The notes: a model not told the origin generated them from the letters alone. Shown: positions 33,360-42,481, numbered from the stretch's first letter. The stretch is 44,097 nt of DNA from Alphaproteobacteria bacterium (GCA_020249005.1 JADCGN010000005.1:1-44097), one strand, 5' to 3'. Numbers and translations are program-made.

Positions 33360-34607
33360 TTAGCCCAACAGCTTTTTAAAAAGCCCCACGTACTGGGCCG
33401 CCAGGGTGGAATGCAGAAAGTGCTTGGCCACATAGGCGCGGCCGGCTTGGGCCATCTGGCTGCGGCGGGCGGGGTCATCCAACAATGTGTTCAGCGCCTC
33501 GGCAAAGCGCTCGGCATTTTCGCTCGGCACCACCAGCGCCGCGCCGCTCTCTTGCATCAGTTCGGCCCCTTCGCCTTGCAGCGCGGCCACCGCGCAGCTT
33601 TCCGCCGCCATGATTTCAAACATCTTGGAAGGAATGAACATCGCAAAGTCGGGGATGTTCTTCAGGCACACCAGGTTGATGTCGGCCATCTGGTAGTAGG
33701 CCCATACTTCGGCATGGCTGACGCTGGGCAAAAACTGGATGTTCGGCACGCCCTTGGCGTAGTCGATGAGCTTTTGCTTTTCCGCCCCGCTGCCGACCAA
33801 CAGGAACAAGGTATCGGTGCGGCGTGACAGCAGCCGGGCGGCGTCAATCACCTGGGTCAGGGCTTGCGATTCGCCATGGTTGCCGATGTAGAGCACGATT
33901 TTGGTGAGGGGTGAAAGCCCCAGTTTGGCCCGCAGTTGGGTGGTGGCGCCGCTCTGGCGCGGTTGCACGGCGGCGGCGTAGTCGGCGTCGCTCACGCCAT
34001 TGAACACCACGCCCAATTTGTCCTGGGCAATCCCGCGCCCGGCAATGTTGCGGGCAAAACTGCGGGTCACCGTCACGATCGCATCGGCCTTGCGGTAGAG
34101 AAACATCTCCAAGCGCTCGAGCAAGGTCAGCACCAACCCCGGCTTGAGAATATTCATCTGCACGAAAATTGCGGGCCAGAGGTCACGCACCTCAAACACA
34201 AACTTCGCCCCATAGCGCTTGGCCAACAGCCACCCCGCCACGGCGCAAAAGAAGTTGGGCGAGGAGGCCACGATCAGGTCGGGCTTGGCGGCGGTCCGCA
34301 GCGTGCGGTTGCGCCACCACACGCTCGCCATGAAGCTCAGCAGGTTCATCAGCCGCCCCACCCGCCCCTTGTTGGGGGTCACGTACAGCCAGTGGCGGTG
34401 CACCGGGACGCCGTCCTGCGACTCAGTATAGTAAGCGGGTTTGCCGCGGTAGGCTTCCGGCACCACGCCTTCCGGATGGTTGGGGATGCCGGTCAGCACC
34501 GTGACCTCAACCCCCAACTGCCGCCAGCCGCGCACCAAGCCGCTGAGCCGCGTGGAAGGCGCCCCGATTTCGGGCGGATAATACTGGGTAATTAACCACA
34601 CGTGCAT
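33360..34607 (-). CDS. Group 1 (GT4-type) glycosyltransferase, WcaI-like
   Basis: N-terminus MHVWLITQYYPPEIGAPSTRLSGL, as in WcaI-type enzymes, and a C-terminal E-x7-E-type region (PSKMFEIMAAESCAVA). Confidence 0.8.
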   Translation of the reverse strand: MHVWLITQYYPPEIGAPSTRLSGLVRGWRQLGVEVTVLTGIPNHPEGVVPEAYRGKPAYYTESQDGVPVHRHWLYVTPNKGRVGRLMNLLSFMASVWWRNRTLRTAAKPDLIVASSPNFFCAVAGWLLAKRYGAKFVFEVRDLWPAIFVQMNILKPGLVLTLLERLEMFLYRKADAIVTVTRSFARNIAGRGIAQDKLGVVFNGVSDADYAAAVQPRQSGATTQLRAKLGLSPLTKIVLYIGNHGESQALTQVIDAARLLSRRTDTLFLLVGSGAEKQKLIDYAKGVPNIQFLPSVSHAEVWAYYQMADINLVCLKNIPDFAMFIPSKMFEIMAAESCAVAALQGEGAELMQESGAALVVPSENAERFAEALNTLLDDPARRSQMAQAGRAYVAKHFLHSTLAAQYVGLFKKLLG

Positions 34608-34612
34608 AAGGG

Positions 34613-37285
34613 CTAGTTTAACAGATTCTGCTCGGTTGTGACGCTCGCTGCCGTTTGCTTGGGCGCGTTTGATGCCGTGAGTTGCCCTTTCAGCTGATAG
34701 AGCAAGGTTAAGGCTTCCCGTGGCGAGAGGCCATCCACATCGGTGGCGCGGAGTGCGCTTTCCACCGCCGAAGGCGCCGCCACGGGTGCTGCCACCGGGG
34801 CAGCGAAGAGGCTTAAGCTATCGAGCCGTGCCACCGCCTGCTTACCCCCGGCCTTGGCCGCCGCCTCAAACCCCTGCAGCAGGCTTTGCGCGCGGGCCAC
34901 CACCGCCGTTGGCACCCCGGCCAGCTTGGCGACCTGCACGCCGTAACTGCCTTGCGCCGCGCCGGGTTGCACCGCATGCAAAAATACCAGTTCACCCTGC
35001 CAGACTTTGACCGCCAGCTGGTGATTGCTCACTCCCGGCAGCTGCTCGGCCAAGGCGGTGAGTTCATGGTAGTGCGTGGCAAACAGCGTGCGGCCTTGCA
35101 CCCGTTGCACCAGGTCTTCCACGCAGGCCCAGGCCAGCGCCAGGCCGTCGTAGGTGGCGGTGCCGCGGCCCAGCTCGTCCAAAATGATCAGGCTGCGCGC
35201 GGTGGCGCGGTTCAGGATGTTGGCGGTTTCGAGCATCTCCACCATGAAGGTGCTCTGCCCGGCAGCCAGGTTATCGGCGGCCCCAACCCGGCAGTAAATG
35301 GCGTCGGCTACCCCCACCGTGGCGGCGCGGGCGGGCACGTAACTGCCCAGTTGGGCCAGCACCACCAGCAAGGCCGTTTGCCGCAAAAAGGTGCTTTTCC
35401 CCGCCATGTTCGGGCCGGTGAGCAACCATAAATCGCCGCTGGTCAGCTGCACCGAATTGGGCACGAAATCGGCTACCGTAGCGGCCACCACCGGGTGCTT
35501 GGCCTCCTGCAGCACCAACTGGCCGGAATCCACCACCACCGGGGCCACCCAACCATGCTGCACCGCCACCGTGGCCAAGGCTTGCAGCACGTCCAACGTG
35601 GCCAAGGCTTCGCTCACGTTCAGCAGCGCCACGCTGTGGGTTTGTACCAGCGCCACCAAAGTGGCCAACAACGCCTCTTCCCGTGCTTGCGCTTGGGCGG
35701 CGGCGCTGCCCAGCTCGCGCTCTAGCTGCAGCAGGGCCGGCGTGCTGTAGCGGTGGCTGGTGGTGGTGGTTTGGCGGTGCACCCAATGGGGCGGTACGGC
35801 GCCCGCGCTTTTGGGCACTTCCAGGTAATAGCCCCACACTTGGTTGTAGCGCAGCTTGGCATTGAGCCCACTTTGGGCCACCTCGGTGGCTTCCAGCGCA
35901 GCCAACAGCTGCTGGGCGTCGCGCTGCAGGGTGCGCAGGCGGTCAAGCTCTGCATCATAGCCGTCGGCGATGAAGTTGCCGTCGCGCACCAGGGCCGGCA
36001 GCGGGTCGGCCGCCAGCGCCTGCGATAGTTCGGCAGTAAGGGGCTCCAATCCGCCCAAGTTGGCACGGTGGGTGGCCAGCAGACCGTCGCAATCGGCAAC
36101 CGCGGCCTGCAAGGCGGGCAGGGCCTGGCCGGTAGCACGCAGCAGGGCCAAATCGCGCGGGCTGCCGCGGCCCAACAACAGGCGGCTAACCGCGCGGGCC
36201 ACATCGCCGGTGGGCGCCAAGCCTTGGCGCAGTTGCTGGCGGCGGGTGGGCTGCTGCACCAGGGTGGTCACCGCCGCTTGGCGCGCCAGGATCGGCGCCA
36301 CCTGCGCCAAGGGTTCGCTCACCCAGCGGGCCAGCAAGCGGCCCCCGGCCGCCGTGATGGTGTCATCCAGCACGCCCAGCAAAGTCTCCCGCCGCTGGCC
36401 GCTGGGGCTAGTGGTGAGGTTCAGGCTCTGGCGCGTGGCGGCATCCAGCTGCAAGTGGGTACTGGCCAGTTGCAGGTGCGGCGGGCGCAGCCTGGGCAAC
36501 GCTCCCATTTGGGTCAGTTCGGCATAGCCCACCAAGGCCCCCACCGCCACCTGGCGGGCGGGTTCGGCCAGCCCCAGCCCGCTAGGGTCGGCCACGCCGT
36601 AGGCCCGCTTTAAGGCGGCTTGGGCGGTGCTGAGCGCAAACAGTTGCGGCTGTACCGCCAGCAGCTGGCGGCTCACCACGCCTTCCACCAAGGGGGCCAC
36701 CGTGGGGGTCACCACCAGTTCCCCAATCGGCAAGGCGGCCAGGCTGTGCGCCAGCTGGGCCGCACCCACGCCGCGCAGCCCCACCTCGCCGGTGCTTAAA
36801 TCCAGCCAAGCCAGCACCAGCCGTTGCGGCTGCGGCCCATTGTCTTCGGCGCTTAGTACCGCCAACAGGCTGGGCCGTTTGGCCTCCAAATAAGCCTCCT
36901 CGGTCAGCGTGCCCGGGGTAAACAACCGCACCACCTTGCGCGCCATCAGCGCGCCGCTGCCGCCGCGTTGTTTGGCTTCGGCCGGGGTTTCCACCTGCTC
37001 GGCCAGCGCCACCCGGTGCCCCGCCTGCAACAATTTGCCGATATAGCCTTCCGCCGCATGGTAGGGCACCCCGCACATCGGAGTACCGTCGTCGCCTTCC
37101 TTGGCGGTGCGGCGGCGGGTCAGGGTAATCTGCAGTACGTGGCTCGCCACCACGGCATCGTCGGCAAACAGCTCGTAGAAATCACCCATCCGGAACAGCA
37201 GCAGGGCGTGTGGGTACTGCGCCTTCAGTTCGGCATATTGGCGCATGATGGGCGTATCGGGCAGGGTAGCGGGCAGCGTGCTCAT
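34613..37285 (-). CDS. mutS: DNA mismatch repair protein MutS
   Basis: TPIMRQYAELKAQYPHALLLFRMGDFYELFADDA, Walker A LLTGPNMAGKSTFLRQ, and ILDELGRGTATYDGLALA. 890 aa. Confidence 0.93.
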   Translation of the reverse strand: MSTLPATLPDTPIMRQYAELKAQYPHALLLFRMGDFYELFADDAVVASHVLQITLTRRRTAKEGDDGTPMCGVPYHAAEGYIGKLLQAGHRVALAEQVETPAEAKQRGGSGALMARKVVRLFTPGTLTEEAYLEAKRPSLLAVLSAEDNGPQPQRLVLAWLDLSTGEVGLRGVGAAQLAHSLAALPIGELVVTPTVAPLVEGVVSRQLLAVQPQLFALSTAQAALKRAYGVADPSGLGLAEPARQVAVGALVGYAELTQMGALPRLRPPHLQLASTHLQLDAATRQSLNLTTSPSGQRRETLLGVLDDTITAAGGRLLARWVSEPLAQVAPILARQAAVTTLVQQPTRRQQLRQGLAPTGDVARAVSRLLLGRGSPRDLALLRATGQALPALQAAVADCDGLLATHRANLGGLEPLTAELSQALAADPLPALVRDGNFIADGYDAELDRLRTLQRDAQQLLAALEATEVAQSGLNAKLRYNQVWGYYLEVPKSAGAVPPHWVHRQTTTTSHRYSTPALLQLERELGSAAAQAQAREEALLATLVALVQTHSVALLNVSEALATLDVLQALATVAVQHGWVAPVVVDSGQLVLQEAKHPVVAATVADFVPNSVQLTSGDLWLLTGPNMAGKSTFLRQTALLVVLAQLGSYVPARAATVGVADAIYCRVGAADNLAAGQSTFMVEMLETANILNRATARSLIILDELGRGTATYDGLALAWACVEDLVQRVQGRTLFATHYHELTALAEQLPGVSNHQLAVKVWQGELVFLHAVQPGAAQGSYGVQVAKLAGVPTAVVARAQSLLQGFEAAAKAGGKQAVARLDSLSLFAAPVAAPVAAPSAVESALRATDVDGLSPREALTLLYQLKGQLTASNAPKQTAASVTTEQNLLN

Positions 37286-38121
37286 GGGGCCACCACCTGC
37301 AGTTGCTCGGGGTGCGTGACGCGGATTTGGGTGCCGTTCACCGGCTGGGCCACGCCGCGCACCAACACGGTTTGGCCCAAGTACTGATACCAGTTAAACG
37401 TCGTTTTTTTAGCCTTTTTGCCGCGTTTCTTGGGTTTCTTTGCCGCCTTTTCCTTAGGCTCTGCGGCGGGGCGGAAGTTCTTTTCATGCTTGCGGTCAAT
37501 CACCACCGAAAAATCAGTCCGCCAATCCTCGCCAAAATTCAGGTAGGTGCGGTCATCCACCGTGGCCACGGCCTTCACCACCCCTTGCACCAGCACAAAG
37601 CGGCCGAAATCCACCTCGGCACAGCATTGCGCGGCGGGCCGGATCTGCCAGCGCGGCAAGGCCCACAGCCCCCACGCCTTGGCCCGCGCGGTGGCTTCCA
37701 ATTGCTGCAGCTCCGGGCCGTACTGGCGGTTGTCGGGGAAGGTGTAAACATGCGCATAGCCGCCCTGCACCAACCCACCGTTGACCCACGCCACGCGGCT
37801 GCCGTTGCGCAGATACACGTGGCCCAGCACCCGGTTGTAGGTATCGTACACCCGCCGCCCCAATTGTACCTGCACGGGTTGGTGTAAAGCCAGCGTGGCC
37901 AGCGCCTGTTTGGCCGCCAGCGCCATGGGCTCGGCGGGCCGGTCGCCATGGGCCAACTCGGGGGTATTGATGTCGAGCAGCCGTACCGTCATGCCGTTGT
38001 CGAGCCGCAGCGTGTCGCCATCCACCACCTGGCTGACGGTGCCGTTGACCACGCCGTAAGGTTCCAGCTGGGCCCAGGCCAACCCTGGCAGCAGCAGCAA
38101 CCCAAGCAGCATCGTTCGCAT
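37282..38121 (-). CDS. Secreted staphylococcal-nuclease (SNase/thermonuclease) family protein with a Lys-rich linker and a C-terminal extension
   Basis: Signal peptide MRTMLLGLLLLPGLAWA, then VSQVVDGDTLRLDNGMTVRLLDINTPE (SNase core). The stop overlaps the mutS ATG (ATGA). The track start at 38196 would overlap tRNA-Arg, so I chose an internal ATG at 38121; 38151 and 38163 are also possible. Confidence 0.7.
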   Translation of the reverse strand: MRTMLLGLLLLPGLAWAQLEPYGVVNGTVSQVVDGDTLRLDNGMTVRLLDINTPELAHGDRPAEPMALAAKQALATLALHQPVQVQLGRRVYDTYNRVLGHVYLRNGSRVAWVNGGLVQGGYAHVYTFPDNRQYGPELQQLEATARAKAWGLWALPRWQIRPAAQCCAEVDFGRFVLVQGVVKAVATVDDRTYLNFGEDWRTDFSVVIDRKHEKNFRPAAEPKEKAAKKPKKRGKKAKKTTFNWYQYLGQTVLVRGVAQPVNGTQIRVTHPEQLQVVAP

Positions 38122-38181
38122 TGCCGTTAGCTTTAGCAGAGGCTTGACCATTGGGGAAGCCATGGGCCATACCGCCCTTAC

Positions 38182-38256
38182 GTCGCCGTCGTTCAATGGA
38201 TAGGACGAGAGCCTCCTAAGCTCTAAATCCCGGTTCGACTCCGGGCGGAGACGCCA
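38182..38256 (+). tRNA. tRNA-Arg (anticodon CCU)
   Basis: Folds as GTCGCCG-TC-GTTC-AATGGATA-GGAC-G-AGAGC-CTCCTAA-GCTCT-AAAT-CCCGG-TTCGACT-CCGGG-CGGAGAC-G-CCA (75 nt). There is one G4-A69 mismatch in the acceptor stem. The D and anticodon arms closely resemble E. coli argU as I recall it. Confidence 0.88.
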
Positions 38257-38274
38257 GTTGACCGCCGCAAACGG

Positions 38275-38637
38275 TTACTGCGGCTGGCTGAGCCCAATCC
38301 GGTTCCCTTCCGAATCCTGAATTTCCGCCACCAGGCCGTAGCCGCTGTCGGTGGCGGGGAAGAGCACCTTCGCCCCGGCCTGTTCGGCGCGTGCCAGTGT
38401 GGCGGCCAGGTTGGAGACGCCTAAATACAGCAGCACGCCTTGGGTGGTGGGCCGGTAGATTTCGCCCTGGGCCAAGGCCCCGGTAATCCCGCGGCTGCTT
38501 TCCTGCAGCGGAAAAAACGCCATGCGGTTGCCGTGAATGGTTTCTTCGGTAAAATCATAGCCAAACACCGCCGTATAAAATTGCTTGGCGCGGGCCAGGT
38601 CGGTGACCGGAATTTCAAAATAAATGGCAGGCTTCAT
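38275..38637 (-). CDS. VOC (glyoxalase/bleomycin-resistance/dioxygenase) family protein
   Basis: IYFEIPVTDLARAKQFYTAVFGYDF...GYGLVAEIQDSEGNRIGL is the typical VOC fold pattern. The start is uncertain: ATG 38637 gives a cytoplasmic form, and ATG 38736 would add a signal-like peptide. Confidence 0.7.
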   Translation of the reverse strand: MKPAIYFEIPVTDLARAKQFYTAVFGYDFTEETIHGNRMAFFPLQESSRGITGALAQGEIYRPTTQGVLLYLGVSNLAATLARAEQAGAKVLFPATDSGYGLVAEIQDSEGNRIGLSQPQ

Positions 38638-38862
38638 GGCGTAGGCTTTCACGGGTGGCATGGCAAAGATGGGGGCCCCGGGCACCAAGCCCAGCCCAAG
38701 CAACAGCAGGGCCAGGAGACGGGGGTGGCACACCATGGGCGGTACCCTAGCAATCCGGTGTGGGCCGCGCAAGCGCCGCGCGCCCCCCACGTACGTACGC
38801 GCCCGGGTGCGCAGGGAAACAGCCTTGACAGCGCCCGCTGTATCCAGCTACCCGTGAAAGCG

Positions 38863-41196
38863 ATGTCGAACCCAAATGCCCTCGTGATTGTGGAAAGCCC
38901 CGCCAAGGCCAAAACCATTGAAGGCTATTTGGGTAAAGGTTACAAAGTTTTGGCTAGTTTCGGCCACGTGCGGGATTTGCCGAGCAAGGAAAAGGCGGTG
39001 GAGCCCGATAACGACTTTGCCATGCACTACCAAGTCAGCGACGCGAAAAGCGAGCAGACACTGAAGGGCATCATGGCGGCGCTGAAGGATGTGGATACGC
39101 TCTATCTGGCAACCGACTTGGACCGCGAAGGGGAAGCCATTTCCTGGCACGTGTGGGAGGAAATCAAGCGCCGCAACCCCAAAAAGGCGGCCACGCTGCA
39201 TGTGCACCGCATCGAGTTTACCGAAATTACCAAAACCGCGTTGCAGCAGGCGTTGCGCCAGCCGCGCAGCCTGGCGCTGAACCTCATCAACGCCCAGCAG
39301 GCCCGCCGCGCGCTGGATTATTTGGTGGGGTTTACACTTTCTCCGGTGCTGTGGCGGAAGGTGAAGGGGGGCCTGAGTGCCGGCCGCGTGCAAAGCGTGG
39401 CGCTGCGCCTGATTGCCGAGCGTGAAGACGCCATCGAAGCCTTCAAACCCGAAGAATTTTGGACGCTGCACGGCCAGTTCACCACTGCCAGCGGCAAGCC
39501 TTTGCCGGGGAACTTGGTGCAATATGCGGGCAAAAAGGTTGAAAAGTTTTCCTTCACCACCGAAGACCAGGCCAAGCGGGCGCAAACCGCGCTGTTGCCC
39601 AACAAGTACGCGGTGCAGGCGGTGGAACGCGCCGACAAGCGCCGCTTCCCCAGCCCGCCATTCATCACCAGCAGCCTGCAGATGGAAGCCGCGCGTAAAC
39701 TGGGCTTCGCGGCCCGGCGCACGATGCAAACCGCCCAGCGCCTGTATGAGGCCGGGCACATCACCTACATGCGAACCGACAGTGTCAACCTGGCCAACGA
39801 AGCGGTGGCTGCGCTGCGCAGTCTGATTGGCCAAAAATACGGCGCCGAATACGTGCCAAGCCAGCCGATTGTTTACAAAAGCAAGAGCAAGAACGCGCAG
39901 GAAGCCCACGAAGCGATTCGCCCCACCAACCCTTCAGCCTTGCCCAATCAGCTTGGTCTCGAAGACGACCAGTTCAAGCTCTACAATCTCATTTGGCAGC
40001 GTACGCTGGCCTGCCAAATGGCGCCCGCACGGCTCGAGCAAACCACCATCACCATCACCAGCCAGCCCGACCAATTCCATCACTTTCGTGCCACCGGCAG
40101 CGTGGTGCTGTTCCCCGGCTTTTTGGCGGCCTACCAGGAAGGCAAGGACGACGATGCCGATGAAGACGGCGAAGCCCTGCTGCCCGCGGTGAAGGAAGGT
40201 GAGGCGCTGCAGACGCCCACGATCGACGCCGAGCAACACTTTACCCAACCGCCGCCGCGCTTTACCGAAGCCACCTTGGTGAAGGCGCTGGAAGAATACG
40301 GCATCGGGCGGCCTTCCACCTACGCCAGCATCATCGCCACGCTGCAGGACCGCGGCTACGTGCGGCTGGAGCAAAAGCGCTTCTTTCCCGAAGATGTGGG
40401 GCGGATTGTCAGCAAATTCCTGGTCGAGCACTTTGGCCAGTACGTGGATTACAACTTCACCGCCGAAATGGAAGACGACCTCGACGCCATCGCCCGCGGC
40501 GAGCACGACTGGAAGCCCACCCTGCGGCGCTTCTGGCAGCCGTTTAAGAGCCTGACGGTGGAAAAGATGGAGTCGGTGAAAAAATCCGATGTCACCACCG
40601 AGGCCACCGGCGAGGTCTGCCCGCAGTGCGGCGTCGGCGAATTGGTCTACCGCCTGGGCCGCTACGGCCGCTTTAAGGGCTGCAACCGCTACCCCGAATG
40701 CAATTATATCGAAAAATCGGGCCCCGCCGCCACCCCGGGCGAAACCACCGGCCTGGCCTGCCCGCAGTGCGTGGCGCAAAACCTGCCTAACCAAGGCGAA
40801 TTGGTGAAAAAAACCAGCCGCTTGGGCAAGATTTTCTGGAGCTGCAGTACCTACCCGGCCGACAATTACGCAGTGTGGGACGAACCGGTGAAAGGCCCGT
40901 GCCCGAAGTGCAGCTGGGGAATTATTACCAAGAAAATCAGCAAGAAGTACGGCGAATGGCACCGCTGCCCCAACTGCGACTGGAACGATAACCAAGAAGC
41001 CGCCGACGCCACCGCCGCCTTCCGTGCCCGCTTCACCAAGGGCAAAGAGGCCGCCGCGGCCAAAAAAATTGCAGCGAAAGCGAAAACCCCGGCGCAGGCC
41101 GGGGCCCCCAGCGCCAAAAAGGCGCCCGCCAAAGCCCCCAAAGCGGCCACCAAGGCCAAAACCGCCGCGAAAAAACCCAGTAAAGCCAAGCGGTAA
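38863..41196 (+). CDS. topA: DNA topoisomerase I
   Basis: ATG at 38863. LVIVESPAKAKTIEGYLGKGYKVLASFGHVRDL (Toprim), YITYMRTDS (active-site Tyr region), four C-terminal Cys4-type zinc ribbons (CPQC...; CPQC...; CPKC...; CPNC) and an Ala/Lys-rich tail. The track ORF from 38440 is an artefactual upstream extension. Confidence 0.93.
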   Translation: MSNPNALVIVESPAKAKTIEGYLGKGYKVLASFGHVRDLPSKEKAVEPDNDFAMHYQVSDAKSEQTLKGIMAALKDVDTLYLATDLDREGEAISWHVWEEIKRRNPKKAATLHVHRIEFTEITKTALQQALRQPRSLALNLINAQQARRALDYLVGFTLSPVLWRKVKGGLSAGRVQSVALRLIAEREDAIEAFKPEEFWTLHGQFTTASGKPLPGNLVQYAGKKVEKFSFTTEDQAKRAQTALLPNKYAVQAVERADKRRFPSPPFITSSLQMEAARKLGFAARRTMQTAQRLYEAGHITYMRTDSVNLANEAVAALRSLIGQKYGAEYVPSQPIVYKSKSKNAQEAHEAIRPTNPSALPNQLGLEDDQFKLYNLIWQRTLACQMAPARLEQTTITITSQPDQFHHFRATGSVVLFPGFLAAYQEGKDDDADEDGEALLPAVKEGEALQTPTIDAEQHFTQPPPRFTEATLVKALEEYGIGRPSTYASIIATLQDRGYVRLEQKRFFPEDVGRIVSKFLVEHFGQYVDYNFTAEMEDDLDAIARGEHDWKPTLRRFWQPFKSLTVEKMESVKKSDVTTEATGEVCPQCGVGELVYRLGRYGRFKGCNRYPECNYIEKSGPAATPGETTGLACPQCVAQNLPNQGELVKKTSRLGKIFWSCSTYPADNYAVWDEPVKGPCPKCSWGIITKKISKKYGEWHRCPNCDWNDNQEAADATAAFRARFTKGKEAAAAKKIAAKAKTPAQAGAPSAKKAPAKAPKAATKAKTAAKKPSKAKR

Positions 41197-41283
41197 GCGG
41201 GTATTTTGGCGAAATCTCCCCCAAGTGGGGGTTGTATACCCCATACAATCTCACTATAACATGAACAGCACTTCCCTAGGCTA

Positions 41284-41316
41284 AATGTGGCCTAGGAGGC
41301 CACATTGCCTTTTTTT
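41284..41316 (+). terminator. Rho-independent terminator after topA
   Basis: AATGTGGCCT-AGG-AGGCCACATT (10-bp perfect stem) followed by GCCTTTTTTT. Confidence 0.6.
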
Positions 41317-41337
41317 CACGCGCAACAGGAGGATTCC

Positions 41338-41844
41338 ATGCGCTTCAATCTTCGCAACGTCTTCTTCGGCCTTCTTGCTCTCCTCGGTTCGGCCTTCGCG
41401 GCCGCCCCGGCCTGGGCGGTTTATTGCCCGGTCACGCCGGCATCGATCTTGACCGAGCTCAAGAACGAACCAGCAGCACTCTATCACTCCGCGCAGAATC
41501 GCGCGGCGGTGGACGAGCAATGTGGTAGTGCGGTCGCCGAAGCCCGTCGCCGCGGCTGGCAGCTCCCCACGCTGCCGCAGTATCAGGCTCTGGTCGCAAA
41601 CTGTGGGAGCAATTGCTCCTACTGGAGCGGCTACAGGAGCCTTGCTTACAACCCGGTGGTCCATCCCCGGCCGCATCAGCCGCGTCGGGTGGTTCACCGT
41701 CCGCAGCCGCGGCCGGTTGTCATCCATCCGGCGCCGCGTCGTGACGTGGGCTGCTACAGCTGCGTCGACCAGCATGGTCGGCGCTTTCTGGTCACCCCCG
41801 AAGGGGTTGCCCACCCGGTTGCTGACCCGCGGCGCCACTACTGA
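41338..41844 (+). CDS. Secreted Cys-containing protein with a DUF1566 (Lcl C-terminal)-like segment and a Pro/Arg/His-rich region
   Basis: ATG at 41338 preceded by CAGGAGGA. Signal peptide MRFNLRNVFFGLLALLGSAFAAAPAWA. GWQLPTLPQYQALVANCGSNCSYWSG resembles the DUF1566 WRLPT..EL....YWS motif. This is followed by HPRPHQPRRVVHRPQPRPVVIHPAPRR. Confidence 0.55.
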   Translation: MRFNLRNVFFGLLALLGSAFAAAPAWAVYCPVTPASILTELKNEPAALYHSAQNRAAVDEQCGSAVAEARRRGWQLPTLPQYQALVANCGSNCSYWSGYRSLAYNPVVHPRPHQPRRVVHRPQPRPVVIHPAPRRDVGCYSCVDQHGRRFLVTPEGVAHPVADPRRHY

Positions 41845-41859
41845 TTGCGAACGCCAAAA

Positions 41860-41888
41860 GGCCCGGCACTCTCAGGAGTGTCCGGGCC
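41860..41888. terminator. Bidirectional hairpin between convergent small genes
   Basis: GGCCCGGCACTC / GAGTGTCCGGGCC (12-13 bp with one bulge), flanked by AAAA on the left. This reads as a TTTT run on the minus strand. Confidence 0.5.
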
Positions 41889-41921
41889 TTACGGCATTTC
41901 GTGGGGGTGGAATACAGCGTA

Positions 41922-42182
41922 TCAGCCGTGGCGGCGGCGCGGTTTGCCCATCCGGCAGCGCTGGCTGCCGGGGGCCCCGAGTTCCCAGGGGTCCTGCTCC
42001 TCCTTGCGGTCAGGCGTTGCGGCGGCAGGAACCGTTGCCACCGGTGTTTTTCCTTGCTGCAGCCGGGCGGCGAGCTCGGGGAACTCGCGGCGGAAGGCTT
42101 CGGCCTGGTCCGCGACGGCGGCCGCATTGATGGCAGCCGTGCGGCGGTCGAGTTCTTCATCGGAAAGCGAACGGAACGACAT
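41922..42182 (-). CDS. Small (86 aa) hypothetical protein
   Basis: ATG at 42182 preceded by a strong AAGGAGG with an 8-nt spacer. It encodes MSFRSLSDEELDRRTAAINAAAVADQAEAFRREFPELAARLQQGK... with a basic C-terminus. No family recognised. Confidence 0.5.
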   Translation of the reverse strand: MSFRSLSDEELDRRTAAINAAAVADQAEAFRREFPELAARLQQGKTPVATVPAAATPDRKEEQDPWELGAPGSQRCRMGKPRRRHG

Positions 42183-42397
42183 ACAGGTTACCCCTCCTTG
42201 GGGTCGGTTCGGCCACGGCACAGCCGGGGCGGGTTGCGAGCAAGTTACTCGGGTACTTAGGGGGAAAAGGTCAGGTCTCAGGGGCGGAAACAAGCAAATC
42301 TGGCTTACGCCAGCAGCAGGTTCAGCAGGAGACCGACTTTATTCACATAAAAAGTCTGGCAGGCCTAAACGTAAAAATCAAGCCCCGAAATCAAAAA

Positions 42398-42481
42398 CTG
42401 TCATCCTGAGTGCAACGAAGGACCCAGGTCTTTTTAATGCTGTTAAGACCTGGGTCCTTCGGCTCCGCCTCAGGATGACAG
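42398..42481. repeat. 84-nt nested palindromic element (REP/MITE-like)
   Basis: The outer arms CTGTCATCCTGAG (42398-42410) and CTCAGGATGACAG (42469-42481) are perfectly complementary. The inner arms GAAGGACCCAGGTC (42417-42430) and GACCTGGGTCCTTC (42447-42460) are also perfectly complementary. The right arm contains the last four codons and the stop of pip. Confidence 0.65.

Noticed and set aside
38825-38830. A perfect TTGACA hexamer 33 nt upstream of the topA start, considered as a promoter -35 element.
   Set aside because: No acceptable -10 hexamer sits at 16-18 nt spacing; the nearest, TATCCA, is only 10 nt away. It is therefore not reported as a feature.
38440-38862. Upstream extensions of track ORFs: topA from 38440, waaA from 16216, the BNR gene from 23428, the membrane protein from 17621, nth from 30143, bcp from 3490 and rph from 2747.
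   Set aside because: The extensions overlap neighbouring genes or tRNAs, are compositionally shadow-like, and precede internal ATG codons that begin with the canonical family N-termini or signal peptides.
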